From the IMG/VR virus record IMGVR_UViG_3300042698_000029, positions 1 to 64,000 of that record: a DNA stretch of 64,000 nt, one strand, 5' to 3'. Below the pieces are notes generated by a model. It was given only the letters and a program-made list of their open reading frames with translations. It was not told where the DNA came from and did not search any database. The position numbers were made by a program, and so were the translations under genes. Origin of the DNA: a virus. Positions 1-9,674 of this stretch are shown piece by piece; position 1 is the first letter of the stretch; every line of letters starts with the position of its first letter.

Positions 1-45
1 TTCAGCGACTTGATGCCACTACCCTAGGCAATGCGCACAAACACA

Positions 46-82
46 AACAGGTGCGGCCCTTGTGATAAGGACCACACCTGTT
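46..82 (-). terminator. Intrinsic terminator-like hairpin
   Basis: AACAGGTG...CACCTGTT stem followed by TTTGTGTTTG on the minus strand. Confidence 0.55.
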
Positions 83-188
83 CGTACAGCTCCGCGCTAG
101 CCGGTCAGTGGACGAACTCCTCGTCCTCCTCGGCCCCGATGCCGAGCGGGCCGTCCGGCTCTTCGTCGTCCCGCGCGTACTTCACGTG

Positions 189-455
189 TCAGCCGGTGGC
201 GGCCGGAGCTAGAACCAGGCTGGGGTTCTTCTTGAAGAAGGCGTCCAGAGCCTCTTCGGCCATCTTGACGTAGGCCGGGTTGACGAGTGTGCCGTCGGAG
301 AAGTCCTTCTGCACACCCTCCACGTTGTGGAACGTCAGACGGGGGAAGTCGTCCTCGTCGTCCGGGTTCTCGAAGTTCACGAACCCGGCGTACACCTGGC
401 CAGTCTTCTCGTCGTAGATACGGGGCTCGACGCTGGTCACCCGAAGCTCGGCCAT
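189..455 (-). CDS. hypothetical phage protein
   Basis: 88 aa ORF, GGAGG RBS. Confidence 0.75.
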   Translation of the reverse strand: MAELRVTSVEPRIYDEKTGQVYAGFVNFENPDDEDDFPRLTFHNVEGVQKDFSDGTLVNPAYVKMAEEALDAFFKKNPSLVLAPAATG

Positions 456-541
456 GATTCCTCCTGGGAAATTTTTGGGGTAGTCCTGAAACTACCCTGG
501 GGAGGGCTCCCGAAGGAACCCTCCCCAGTGTGAACTCGGTC

Positions 542-829
542 TCACTCCAGACCGGCAGCCTCACGCCTCCTCGTCCGCTCCTGCGCGGCGGCGAGACGCT
601 CTTCCCACGTCTCCCCGAAGTGGACCGTGACGTCCTTCGGGCTCGTCCACGTAGCCGCCTCCGGCACGCAGTTGTCCCGCAGGCCCGAACCGAACCGAGC
701 GGGGCAGTCAGGGTGGTGATTGTCTCCGATCCGGCTCATCCCAAGGCCCTTGAACAAGGCCACCTTGTCCTTCGCGCTGAGCGCCTTCACCTCAGCAAGC
801 AGCTCTTCCAGCGACGTCGGCAGCGACAT
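542..829 (-). CDS. hypothetical protein
   Basis: Start trimmed to MSLPTS; overlaps upstream stop. Confidence 0.65.
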   Translation of the reverse strand: MSLPTSLEELLAEVKALSAKDKVALFKGLGMSRIGDNHHPDCPARFGSGLRDNCVPEAATWTSPKDVTVHFGETWEERLAAAQERTRRREAAGLE

Positions 830-1107
830 CACTCCACCCCCTTGACGACCGCCACCACGGAGACTTCGATCTGACCGCCGGTGATCGGGCCAACCGACGT
901 CCACAGGAGCGCGGCCAGCTTCATGACCTCCTCGGGGTCCACCAGGTCCGTCTCGAAGTCGATGTCGGACTGGGCACTCGACCCGAAGCCCGTACCCCCG
1001 CCGACTTCCCGGATCTTCCCGTGGGCGGCCTCCACCAGCCGGTCGGCCAGTACTCCCCGGTCCTCCGGGTCCATCGCCGTGACGCTCATGTAGATGCTGA
1101 TCGCCAT
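829..1107 (-). CDS. hypothetical protein
   Basis: Tightly packed ORF, GGAG RBS. Confidence 0.7.
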   Translation of the reverse strand: MAISIYMSVTAMDPEDRGVLADRLVEAAHGKIREVGGGTGFGSSAQSDIDFETDLVDPEEVMKLAALLWTSVGPITGGQIEVSVVAVVKGVE

Positions 1108-1108
1108 G

Positions 1109-1333
1109 TCACGCCACTCCCTTCCAGTCGCTCGGCAGCTGACCGCTCGCCGACAGCCGCTCGTCCAGCTCGGCGAAGGTGGCCAGCATGTCCCCGATGT
1201 GGCCGTAGTCCCCGCTCCGGGCCTGCGTGGTCAGTCTGCGCATCTGCACGAGCAGCTGGTCGGCGTCCATCGTGCACGGGACGCCGACGGGGGTAACCAG
1301 ACTGCGGCGGACCTCGTTGCCTGCGTCCCTCAT
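1109..1333 (-). CDS. hypothetical protein
   Basis: Start trimmed to MRDAGN, TGATG coupling. Confidence 0.65.
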   Translation of the reverse strand: MRDAGNEVRRSLVTPVGVPCTMDADQLLVQMRRLTTQARSGDYGHIGDMLATFAELDERLSASGQLPSDWKGVA

Positions 1334-1725
1334 CAGAACCGCACCCCATTCCAGCTCAGGTCGCCCGCGTCCAGGTCCTTCAAACGCTGCTTCGCGTAGA
1401 TCGCGGCCTCTTCCACCGACTTGAAGGTGGTGTAGTCGCCTACCTGCGTGTACTGGAGACCCGACCACTCCTCGGTCGAACCGGGGTCCTCGACGTTGCG
1501 GCAGATCCGGTACTCGAACTCCTCCTCGATCCCCAGCTCGTGACCCCCCTCGACGGCGTCGTTCTCGTAAGTCGCGGCGGAGATGGAGACGTCGATCAAG
1601 CAGCCGGGCTTGCGGGGGTGCTGGAACCGGCGGCTGAAGAACTCGCCGACCCAGTTGTCCGGCGCCATGCCTCCGCTCACCATGGAGTCCTTCTCGGTCC
1701 AGCCTTCGTATTCGTTGGGGTCCAT
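1333..1725 (-). CDS. acidic hypothetical protein
   Basis: 130 aa, GGAGG RBS. Confidence 0.75.
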   Translation of the reverse strand: MDPNEYEGWTEKDSMVSGGMAPDNWVGEFFSRRFQHPRKPGCLIDVSISAATYENDAVEGGHELGIEEEFEYRICRNVEDPGSTEEWSGLQYTQVGDYTTFKSVEEAAIYAKQRLKDLDAGDLSWNGVRF

Positions 1726-1832
1726 TTTCTGTTGCCTCCCTTTCCCCAGCGGCGCCGGGGGTCCTTACGGGGTTGACAGGTACAGGTCAGTGAATTCGAA
1801 GAGACTCTTCGAAGAGTCCCTCCACGTTCTGC

Positions 1833-2105
1833 TCACCGCTGCTCCTCCACCGCCCTCTTGATGAAGACCGCGAGAGCCTCCGACCAACCGACGATCGGCT
1901 GGATCTTCTCCGGTTCGCCCTGCGCCTTCTGCCAGGTGTCCGAGTCGATGCGCTGGGACTCCAGCTTCACGACCTGGTAGATGCCGGTGTCGTACTCCAG
2001 CAGCGCGATGCCTTGAAGGATGTCACCCTCCCGGCCCGGCGCCAGCGTCACCCATGCGGCCACCGCGCTCTTGTTCCAGCGCTTCGGCCCCGTCTTGAAC
2101 CTCAT
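1833..2105 (-). CDS. hypothetical protein
   Basis: TGATG coupling to upstream gene. Confidence 0.7.
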   Translation of the reverse strand: MRFKTGPKRWNKSAVAAWVTLAPGREGDILQGIALLEYDTGIYQVVKLESQRIDSDTWQKAQGEPEKIQPIVGWSEALAVFIKRAVEEQR

Positions 2106-2446
2106 CAGAACTCCTCTCCGGCCATCTCAGGGATGACCGCTGTGATGCGCTCGTAGGCCCACTGACGGGCCTCCTTGTCCGTGGCCCGGTCGATGAGATC
2201 GGACCAAGTCCACACGTTGTTGTCGCCGTGACGGTCGTACTCGTCGCGGACCGTCTCCCACACCTCGGCCAGCGTCAACGACGCCGGGACTCCGCCATCC
2301 CCCTCGTACCGGTCACGCCAGTACTTGGAGCACAGTCCGTCGATCATCGAGGCCAGGCCCATCGCGCGCTCGGACCGCATGTGGACCTTTTTGACGACCT
2401 TGCCGGTGTCTCGGTTGGTGTGATTCCAGATCGTCGGCGGCTTCAC
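2105..2446 (-). CDS. hypothetical protein
   Basis: GTGA overlap with upstream gene. Confidence 0.7.
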   Translation of the reverse strand: MKPPTIWNHTNRDTGKVVKKVHMRSERAMGLASMIDGLCSKYWRDRYEGDGGVPASLTLAEVWETVRDEYDRHGDNNVWTWSDLIDRATDKEARQWAYERITAVIPEMAGEEF

Positions 2447-2793
2447 GTGCGATCCTCTTCGTTCTTCAGCTCGTACGTCAGAGCCGGAGCCTTCGAGTTG
2501 TTCAGGCGGAACAGGCGGGCCGCGATCCGGTCTACGTACGCCTTCCGCGCCAGGTCCCCGCTGACGTACGGGTCGGATACGTTCGTCGGGCTGCCGACGT
2601 CACCGTGCACGTCCTCGCTGATGTCGCAGACGAGGAAGCGCTGCTGCGCATTGTCCCACGCCAGCATGACGATCTTCCAGCCTCCCTCGGGGTTGTCGAG
2701 GAGGTGGAACGCGTCCACCGTCCAGTCCAGGGGCACATTCAGCCCCAACAGGTCGAGAATGTTCTTGGTCTCGTACATGAGGATCTCCTTCAC
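2443..2793 (-). CDS. hypothetical protein
   Basis: Operon packing; true start may be MYETK. Confidence 0.7.
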   Translation of the reverse strand: MKEILMYETKNILDLLGLNVPLDWTVDAFHLLDNPEGGWKIVMLAWDNAQQRFLVCDISEDVHGDVGSPTNVSDPYVSGDLARKAYVDRIAARLFRLNNSKAPALTYELKNEEDRT

Positions 2794-2856
2794 GGTCGTC
2801 GGGCACTGGGCGCCACCCCCTTGCAGAGATGGCGCCCCGAACCCCGGCCGGGACGG

Positions 2857-3405
2857 TCAGCCCTGGATGTCCTCCAGATCGACAGCGGCGTCCAACTGGG
2901 CCGCGTCGTAGCTCGCCCACCACTCCGGGTCCAGCGCCCGCTCGACCTTGTTCTCGTAGAACTTGCCGAGCCTCCAGCCTTCGTTGCGGTCCCCGGCGAG
3001 CGAGGCGCCGATCACCTTGATGGCGATGGCCACACCGGCCAGCGTTCCCGTCGGCCAGTTGAAGCCGTGCGCGTTGTCCTGGTACCGGTACGGGTGGTCG
3101 TCCCACCGGCCGTGCTCGCTCGTGCAGTACGGCTGGAAGGCCGCCAGCAGCTCTTCCTTGTCGTGGTGACGGGCGACAGGGTTCGGGTTCAGGTACGACG
3201 GAACCCGCTTCGCGGTCGGCCAGATGAACATGGCGCCCCGGGTGTGGTCCATGTACAGCGTCCACTCCCCGCCGTCGCCCGCCGGGTTGCCGGTGGTGAG
3301 CTCCGGGTCCTCTCCGGCGGCACCGGGCTCGAAGGGCCAGAAGCTGGTCGGCGCGATGCCGTTCTTCTTGACGTACTCGAAGACGGTTCCTCGGCTGATT
3401 GCCAT
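2857..3405 (-). CDS. hypothetical protein
   Basis: 182 aa, typical codon usage. Confidence 0.75.
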   Translation of the reverse strand: MAISRGTVFEYVKKNGIAPTSFWPFEPGAAGEDPELTTGNPAGDGGEWTLYMDHTRGAMFIWPTAKRVPSYLNPNPVARHHDKEELLAAFQPYCTSEHGRWDDHPYRYQDNAHGFNWPTGTLAGVAIAIKVIGASLAGDRNEGWRLGKFYENKVERALDPEWWASYDAAQLDAAVDLEDIQG

Positions 3406-3469
3406 GAGTTGTTCCCCTTGGATCGTGTGGTGCGGTGGGTAGCTGTGATCTCAGCGGCCGGGAAGGCCT

Positions 3470-3826
3470 TTACAGAATTGATCCGGTGGCGGTGTACCAG
3501 GTGTCCCGAACCGTCTCGATCTTCTTGATTTCCCGGAGGGCGATCTCCAACAGACGCCGGACCGAGTCCTGCACAGGCTCGCCGATCCAGTCCTCCTCCC
3601 ACTCGTCCTCGAAGATCAGGAGCGGGGAGCAGAAACGGACGCCATTGACGATCAGAATGAGCATGACGTTCCCGTCCCCGGACGGCAGCGTCTCCAGAGT
3701 GTGGGGGAGAACCCTACTGCTCTCGGCGGCCTCGATCACCGTGTCGAACCAGTCGAAGTCGATCGACGGTTCGCCCCGGAGTTTGCCCGCGTCCATGACC
3801 CGATCGATCTCGCTCATGGTGAACAT
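3470..3826 (-). CDS. hypothetical protein
   Basis: GGAGG RBS. Confidence 0.7.
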   Translation of the reverse strand: MFTMSEIDRVMDAGKLRGEPSIDFDWFDTVIEAAESSRVLPHTLETLPSGDGNVMLILIVNGVRFCSPLLIFEDEWEEDWIGEPVQDSVRRLLEIALREIKKIETVRDTWYTATGSIL

Positions 3827-3906
3827 TCAGTCCTCCCCTTCTTCCTTCTTCGCTTCCAGCTGCCGGATCACGGCGAACCAGGACTCCAGGATTTCCCAGG
3901 CGTCCA

Positions 3907-4239
3907 TCACCCCTCCATTCGGATCTTCCAGAAGGTGTCGAACTCCTCCTTGGACTCCGGCATGTCGGTGATGATCACCCCATCCCGGATGACGGCGATG
4001 ACCTCCTGCCAGGGCCGGGCCCATTCGACCACCAGGGTCTCCGTCTTGGCCGGGGCGTGCGCGCAGGGCGGCGCGAAGCGGACCCAGAAGTCCCGCTGCC
4101 GCATCGTCGGGTTGCTGCCCCAGCCACGGTCCGCGACGCCGGGGAACTCGGTGAGGAGCTCTCCGGCCGTCGCCACACGCCACTCCGCCATGGGCGGGTC
4201 GAAGTCGTCGGCCCATTCATCGGGCATGGTCCAGCTCAT
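3907..4239 (-). CDS. hypothetical protein
   Basis: AGGAGG RBS. Confidence 0.7.
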   Translation of the reverse strand: MSWTMPDEWADDFDPPMAEWRVATAGELLTEFPGVADRGWGSNPTMRQRDFWVRFAPPCAHAPAKTETLVVEWARPWQEVIAVIRDGVIITDMPESKEEFDTFWKIRMEG

Positions 4240-4247
4240 GTCTCCTC

Positions 4248-4499
4248 CTAGTCGAGCTGAGCGGCTACGTTCTCCAGGATCATCACGATCGACAGGCCCG
4301 TACCCATCCGGATAACGCTCGACGGAGACCCGTCGGGGTTCTTCACGGTCAGGCCATTCGCGTGCAGGCCGAAGGCCATGCCCCGGTCTCGCATGTCGAT
4401 GAGTTCGTTCTCCATCATCTTGCGGACGGCCTCGACCAGCTCGGGATTCTTTGCGAGCCCCCTGATCTGATCCGCGAAGGTCTTCTCCCCGGCGCTCAT
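4248..4499 (-). CDS. hypothetical protein
   Basis: Start MSAGEK, ATGA overlap. Confidence 0.7.
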   Translation of the reverse strand: MSAGEKTFADQIRGLAKNPELVEAVRKMMENELIDMRDRGMAFGLHANGLTVKNPDGSPSSVIRMGTGLSIVMILENVAAQLD

Positions 4500-4771
4500 C
4501 GGGTCAAGTCTTCGATCATGCGGACCCACGTCTTGAGGATGCCGAACCCGTCCACGTAGAACAGGACGCCAGTCTTGGCGTGGAAGTCCCGGCGGCTGTA
4601 CCCCGGGACGGTGATCTCGGCGGCCGGAAACTCCGCCACGTGCATCAGCACGCCTTCGTCCTTGAACATCCGGAACGTCAGGTCGGGGGAGTCCCCCTTC
4701 TGCTCGATGCGGGCGTGGTACTTCTTGCCGTCCTCGCTGATGAGGTCGATGCCGAGCTGCTGTGTGGTCAT
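4496..4771 (-). CDS. hypothetical protein
   Basis: GGAGAGG RBS. Confidence 0.7.
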   Translation of the reverse strand: MTTQQLGIDLISEDGKKYHARIEQKGDSPDLTFRMFKDEGVLMHVAEFPAAEITVPGYSRRDFHAKTGVLFYVDGFGILKTWVRMIEDLTR

Positions 4772-4810
4772 GACTGCATCCTCTCCCTTATCGGATTGCT
4801 GCGTACAGAG

Positions 4811-4842
4811 AAAGGGGGTGTGACATCAGCCACACCCCCTTT
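4811..4842 (-). terminator. Intrinsic terminator-like hairpin
   Basis: AAAGGGGGTGTG...CACACCCCCTTT stem, T-rich tail on minus strand. Confidence 0.65.
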
Positions 4843-4858
4843 GACCTGCCAGTCTGTG

Positions 4859-5098
4859 TCAGTTGCCGTCCTGCGAAGCCCAGAAGTTGACGACCCTCTT
4901 CAGGTCCTCGTAGAGGTCCAGGGTCTGCTGCTCCGTCAGCTTCGCCGACTTCCCCTCGGCGGAACCCGGCGCACACGGAACCAGCTCGTCCGTACCGTCC
5001 ACCTCTTCGAGGTTGCGAAGGTAGACGCGCCGGGAAGTGGGGCCTCCGGTCTGCTGGACCCCGACCCGGTCACCCTTGTCGATCTCGCTGTGGTGCAT
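4859..5098 (-). CDS. hypothetical protein
   Basis: Start MHHSEI, GGAGG RBS. Confidence 0.65.
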   Translation of the reverse strand: MHHSEIDKGDRVGVQQTGGPTSRRVYLRNLEEVDGTDELVPCAPGSAEGKSAKLTEQQTLDLYEDLKRVVNFWASQDGN

Positions 5099-5100
5099 GA

Positions 5101-6033
5101 CTACCTCCTCCTCTTCTGCGCCCGCTGCCGGGCCTCGGCGATCACGGTCTCGGTGTCCTTGCCCTCCTTGGCGCCGACCGCCCGCGCCACCTTGTTCAGG
5201 TCCCGGTGGCCGCCACCGTTGCCCCGCCAGTCCTCGAACTGGTCGGTCAGCCACCCCCGGGCCGCGTGCAGGGTCTCCAGGGTGTCGAAGAACTCCTGCT
5301 CCGGCACGTCCACGAGCTGGCCGTTCCGGAGCTGCTTCTGGTGAGCCTTCTTCGTCCACGTGTAGACCCGCAGCGGAACGCCGCCCTCGTCGGAGATTGC
5401 CTTCGCGGCCTTCTTCGCGGCCAGCTCCGCCTTTCGTTCGGCCGCCGCCTTGCGGGCCGCGTCCCGGTCGATCTCCTCCGGCGTGAACATCACCGACTTC
5501 GGAGCGTTCTTGCCCACCGGCGCCGACGGGTAGCAGATGGTGCAGGCCCGGTGACCAGCCGCCCTGACGATCTCCTCCTCGGTCTTGCCGGAGTAGACGG
5601 TCATCCAGGAGAACCGGGTCCGCTCTTCGCCCTTGTGGCAGGAGGAACAGTTCTGCGAGGAGTGCACGTGCCCGTCGGTGACCAGGAACGCCCGCGTCCA
5701 GCCGCCGCGCCGCGCGAACTCGGCATCCAGTATGGCCTGCGGACCCTCGATCAGGTCGGCGATCTCCCGGTCCACCTTCGCCAGGTCCCGCTGTTCCTGC
5801 TTGCCGGTGCCCTGCGTCTCCAGCTTGGTCAGGGCCTCCCCGAAGGTCATCGTCCAGCGACCGGTCCGGTAGTCCTTGCTGGCACCGGCCGCGTACAGGA
5901 TGCCGGTCACCGCATGCAGCCGGTTCTGCTCCAGCCGGTGCTCCTCCTCGTAGACGTTCGCGAAATGCTCATCCACGTCCGTCGGCGTCAGGTACTTCAG
6001 CTCGGCGGCGGACGGTATGGGCTTGAGGCTCAT
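5101..6033 (-). CDS. hypothetical protein with putative Zn-binding motifs
   Basis: GHVHSSQNCSSC and ACTICYPSAP motifs; start MSLKPI. Confidence 0.75.
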   Translation of the reverse strand: MSLKPIPSAAELKYLTPTDVDEHFANVYEEEHRLEQNRLHAVTGILYAAGASKDYRTGRWTMTFGEALTKLETQGTGKQEQRDLAKVDREIADLIEGPQAILDAEFARRGGWTRAFLVTDGHVHSSQNCSSCHKGEERTRFSWMTVYSGKTEEEIVRAAGHRACTICYPSAPVGKNAPKSVMFTPEEIDRDAARKAAAERKAELAAKKAAKAISDEGGVPLRVYTWTKKAHQKQLRNGQLVDVPEQEFFDTLETLHAARGWLTDQFEDWRGNGGGHRDLNKVARAVGAKEGKDTETVIAEARQRAQKRRR

Positions 6034-6350
6034 GCCTGCGTCTCCTCGGTAGCTGTGATGAGGCCCAGATCCTGGGCGATGTTGATGCGGAAGGAGGTCC
6101 GGCGGGCCCAGAGGACCCCTAGATGACCCCGGTCCATCTTCCAGGCCACGCCGACCGGCCACAGTTCGTACGCGACACCGTCCGGATAGACGTCCTCGCG
6201 CTTATGGCTCTGGGGGAAGTCGGGGTAGAGCGCGGGGTCCATGTGCGCGACGACCGTGTAAACGCCGGGCGCGTGTGCCGAGCCCTGGTAGTACACCCAC
6301 GTCCCGAGAGTCACCGGGCCATCGCTAGGCACGTAATCCGTCTTGTCCAT
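6030..6350 (-). CDS. hypothetical protein
   Basis: GGAG RBS, ATGA overlap. Confidence 0.7.
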   Translation of the reverse strand: MDKTDYVPSDGPVTLGTWVYYQGSAHAPGVYTVVAHMDPALYPDFPQSHKREDVYPDGVAYELWPVGVAWKMDRGHLGVLWARRTSFRINIAQDLGLITATEETQA

Positions 6351-6442
6351 ACGTCAGTTCTCCCTGCCGTCCTTGCTGCGGAGTCCTTCGAGTACGTCAC
6401 GTCGGTAGCCGGTGACGTCAGTGGGGTTGGACTGCCCTATCT

Positions 6443-6503
6443 GCCCGTACCGTACGGACTCCCCGCACCCTCCCGAAGGAGGGCCGGAGACAGCCGTGCG
6501 GGC
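6443..6503 (-). repeat. Structured intergenic element, copy 1
   Basis: 23 bp GCCCGTACCGTACGGACTCCCCG identical to 13749-13771; nested stems. Confidence 0.7.
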
Positions 6504-6505
6504 CG

Positions 6506-6868
6506 TCAGCCCTTGAGGACGGAGATCTGCTTCCAGTCGGCCTGCCGGGACTGGGTGGCCGCCTCGTGGATCTCCGTCAGCAGCTCCACCACCTTCGTCA
6601 GGACGAAAATCACGCCGCTCTGCTTGGTGGAGTCGTGGGGCTCGATGAACTCCCGCACGCCGATCGGCGGCGTGACGATGGTGACCTCGTCGGACAGGGC
6701 CAGCGTCAGAAGAATGCTGAAGTCGTCGGGCTGCATCCACCCGACCGCCCGGGATAACACCTCCTCAGAGATGGCCTGGTCGATGACCTCAGAGACCTCG
6801 TAGGGAGCCAGGTCTCGGCCGAAGCCGCCTCGCACGACGATCTGGTTGATCTTGTAGGGGTCGAACAT
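6506..6868 (-). CDS. hypothetical protein
   Basis: AAGGAG RBS. Confidence 0.7.
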   Translation of the reverse strand: MFDPYKINQIVVRGGFGRDLAPYEVSEVIDQAISEEVLSRAVGWMQPDDFSILLTLALSDEVTIVTPPIGVREFIEPHDSTKQSGVIFVLTKVVELLTEIHEAATQSRQADWKQISVLKG

Positions 6869-6869
6869 G

Positions 6870-7121
6870 TCAGTTCTCCTTCTCGTCGTTGTCGCCGAGG
6901 TTCATGGCGATCAGCTGATCCCGCAGGCTTCGGGCCTGCTTCTTGTTCAGGTTCAGCGTCTCGGCCGAGGTGGACCCCTCGCGGATCTCCCACGGCGGTG
7001 CGACCGGGTGGAACAGGTGCAGACCGCCGTTGTGGGCTTGGAAGATGTGGTTCACCTCGACGGAGTCGTACCGCCGGTTGAACTTGGCCACGGGTACCGC
7101 AGCCGGGTCCTCGTTGCTCAT
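6870..7121 (-). CDS. hypothetical protein
   Basis: ATGA overlap. Confidence 0.7.
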   Translation of the reverse strand: MSNEDPAAVPVAKFNRRYDSVEVNHIFQAHNGGLHLFHPVAPPWEIREGSTSAETLNLNKKQARSLRDQLIAMNLGDNDEKEN

Positions 7122-7831
7122 GCCTTTCCCTCCCTGACCTTCTTCTGGCAGCGCAGCACCGCGCTACGCAGCTCCTTCACCGGCACCCGGGTCTCCCTAA
7201 GGATCCGGCCATCCCACACGGGCTCGGGATAGATCGGGCGTAGCAGTTCTCCGGGCTCCCTGTGGACTTCCACCCCTCCCCGCCCGACCGTCCAACGGAC
7301 GAGAGGGGTGGCGCTCTTGTACGACTGGCCGTCCTCGTCGGGCCACTGCACATCCACGATCTGCGCCTCCAGGGCCAGACCGGGGAATGCGTGCGCGATG
7401 CGCCGCCAGTCATCCGTGATCTCTTCGACGGACGGCCATTTCGACAGGAGCCCCACTCCGGCGGTGCCCACGTTCCCCGACCAGTCGACCCAGCCGTTCG
7501 CGCCGGTGATGCACGCCGACAGAATGCAGTCGTTCCATACGTACTGGGTGCCCAGCGATCCGATCTCCTCGGAGACCCTTTCCCAGGTGTTCCATTCAGC
7601 GCTCAGCCGGGCCTGCCAGTCGGCCTTGCCTGACTTCAGTTCCTCCCGCAGGGCCTTCCTGTACAGCTCGGAGAACCCGAACGCATCCCGCACCAATCGA
7701 CTTGCCCGGGTGTCGTGGCTGGACAGACCGGGAAGCCACATGGTCCGAACGATGACCTCTCCGGCCAGCTCGGGGTTGATCCGGGGCCCTTTGACCAGTA
7801 GACGCGGCCACTTGGGCAGATCCCCGTTCAC
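7118..7831 (-). CDS. hypothetical protein
   Basis: 237 aa, GTGA overlap, GAGGAG RBS. Confidence 0.75.
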   Translation of the reverse strand: MNGDLPKWPRLLVKGPRINPELAGEVIVRTMWLPGLSSHDTRASRLVRDAFGFSELYRKALREELKSGKADWQARLSAEWNTWERVSEEIGSLGTQYVWNDCILSACITGANGWVDWSGNVGTAGVGLLSKWPSVEEITDDWRRIAHAFPGLALEAQIVDVQWPDEDGQSYKSATPLVRWTVGRGGVEVHREPGELLRPIYPEPVWDGRILRETRVPVKELRSAVLRCQKKVREGKA

Positions 7832-8085
7832 AGCTTCTCCTCGGTGATCCAGAACGTCCAGCCGTTCACTTCCAGCCGCTGACCGGGCATCAGGCCGTCC
7901 ATCGTCTCGGCGGCACTAGCGACCCGGGAGGTCAGCGACTCGTTGTCGTACGCGATCTTCGCCGCGAAAAGCGAAGCGATCCACCACGTCCGGCACGGCA
8001 GGGGTTCGTTGCTGTCCACCACCTCTCCGTCCAGTCGCGCTCGGGCCGTACGCCCCTCGGGGGCCTCCCAGTTGAGTACGTACAC
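7828..8085 (-). CDS. hypothetical protein
   Basis: GTG start (VYVLNW) after GGAGGAGG. Confidence 0.65.
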   Translation of the reverse strand: MYVLNWEAPEGRTARARLDGEVVDSNEPLPCRTWWIASLFAAKIAYDNESLTSRVASAAETMDGLMPGQRLEVNGWTFWITEEKL

Positions 8086-8104
8086 TGTTTCCTCCTCCGG
8101 TGAT

Positions 8105-8611
8105 TCAGGCGGGGTCGAGCAGAGACCGGCAGGTACGCAGGTACTCCATGAGGTCCAGCTGATCGTGCGCTCGGTACTGGATCTCCTCGTCATCGGCTCC
8201 GGTGTAAGCCGCCAGGATCCGGGAAGCCGTCTGAAGATCGTGCAGGAACGACTCGGCGGGGCGGGCTTCACGCCCCTCCGCCGCTTCCTGCATGGCCCAC
8301 ACGATGTTGTGCTTGGCCACCAGTACCGCAGACAGCAGCCGGACCTCGAACATCCCGGCAGCCTGGACAGACGCCGTCCGGCGGCTGATGCGCCACGCCG
8401 TCCCCAGCGCCGAAGCCTGGTGGAAGATGTCGTCCTCCGGACTGTACTGGGTGCCGTATGTGGACCGCAGGGACATCTTCTTCTCGAACTTCTCCCGGGC
8501 CTCGTCCAGGAAGCCGGAGAGGAACTCGGCGAAGCCTTCACGCCACGGCGCCCCGCCCAGCGGGGGATTGAAATCCCCGTGACGCCTCGTGTACCCCAGG
8601 TAGTCGTTCAC
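8105..8611 (-). CDS. hypothetical protein
   Basis: GTG start (VNDYLG), GTGA overlap. Confidence 0.65.
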   Translation of the reverse strand: MNDYLGYTRRHGDFNPPLGGAPWREGFAEFLSGFLDEAREKFEKKMSLRSTYGTQYSPEDDIFHQASALGTAWRISRRTASVQAAGMFEVRLLSAVLVAKHNIVWAMQEAAEGREARPAESFLHDLQTASRILAAYTGADDEEIQYRAHDQLDLMEYLRTCRSLLDPA

Positions 8612-9027
8612 TGCTTCGGTGCCCCTTCCACGGTCGCTGATTCGTAGCCGGACCGAAGCAGCCCCTCGGCACGGGCCAGTTCTTGCGCCCGGTACCGTCC
8701 CTCGGTCTCCCACTTGGCGCGGATCGCCACGTCGATCTGGCGGTGCACCGCCATGAGCTGACCGGCAATGTCCTCGGGGATCTCCCGGTCCGTGGCGTGA
8801 GCCCAGCCCAGGGCGCCCCCGATGTAGTAGGCGCAGGCTTCCCGTGCACCCTGGCCGCCGACCCATTCCTGGGCCTTGTGGTAGTCGTTGTAGCGGGTGC
8901 CGTGCCCCACCGACGCGGCGGCCGGATGCATCTTGAACCGGTCCCCGGTGAAATAGGCCACGGATGCGGCGAGTTCGTTGACCAGCTTCGGTGTGAACTT
9001 CACGTCACTCCTCCTGTTGTTGACCAC
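8608..9027 (-). CDS. hypothetical protein
   Basis: Start may be the internal GTG (VKFTPK) after AGGAGG. Confidence 0.7.
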   Translation of the reverse strand: MVNNRRSDVKFTPKLVNELAASVAYFTGDRFKMHPAAASVGHGTRYNDYHKAQEWVGGQGAREACAYYIGGALGWAHATDREIPEDIAGQLMAVHRQIDVAIRAKWETEGRYRAQELARAEGLLRSGYESATVEGAPKQ

Positions 9028-9066
9028 TACTTTGCCCTTATCGGGTCGTGCCGTACAGACAAGAAA

Positions 9067-9095
9067 GGGGTGACCTCCATCACAGAGGTCACCCC
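9067..9095 (-). terminator. Intrinsic terminator-like hairpin
   Basis: GGGGTGACCTC...GAGGTCACCCC stem followed by TTTCTT on minus strand. Confidence 0.65.
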
Positions 9096-9111
9096 AGGGT
9101 CGTGCAGCCGG

Positions 9112-9345
9112 TCAGCGCGGTAGTTCGTTCAGGTAGAAGGAGAAGCCGGTCACGGTGATCTGATCGTTCTGGAGCTCCCCGGACCTGGTCAGCTCCCGCA
9201 CGGTGTGATTCACCGCGTCCCAGTACAGGTCCTCTGTCGAGCTCTTCGAAGGGTTCACCGTCAAAGTGAACTCCACGAGCCTCTTCTCCACTCCTCCTCT
9301 GACCTCGGTCTCCACCTTGACCAAACAGAAGTATTCACGCTCCAT
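9112..9345 (-). CDS. hypothetical protein
   Basis: GGAGGAG RBS. Confidence 0.7.
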   Translation of the reverse strand: MEREYFCLVKVETEVRGGVEKRLVEFTLTVNPSKSSTEDLYWDAVNHTVRELTRSGELQNDQITVTGFSFYLNELPR

Positions 9346-9356
9346 GACTCTCCTCC

Positions 9357-9674
9357 CTACAGCTCGACCTGCTTCATGTACCTGGGGTGGAGCTCCAGGT
9401 ACTCATCCCACGGGGAATGAACCAGCAGCCGCGACGGGTACATCAGCTCGGTGTACTCCTTCGCCCACTGCTCCACCGTCTTGCCCAGCGGGATGCACTT
9501 CTGGTCCATCTCCCACAAGGCGATCACGTCCGTGTCCTCACGCATGACCTCGAACCTCATCCTCTCCAGGAGGTCCGCCCTCAGCTTTCCCTGCCTCACC
9601 GTATGACGGTCGGCGCGGAGGTACCCGTCCGGGTCCGAGTTCAGCAGCGCGGCCACGTACCACACGGCGGCCAT
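9357..9674 (-). CDS. hypothetical protein
   Basis: Start MAAVWY, TGATG coupling. Confidence 0.65.
   Translation of the reverse strand: MAAVWYVAALLNSDPDGYLRADRHTVRQGKLRADLLERMRFEVMREDTDVIALWEMDQKCIPLGKTVEQWAKEYTELMYPSRLLVHSPWDEYLELHPRYMKQVEL

Noticed and set aside
105-185. 26-aa acidic peptide ORF on the minus strand (similarly 3827-3907)
   Set aside because: Plausible from packing but too short to support without conservation data
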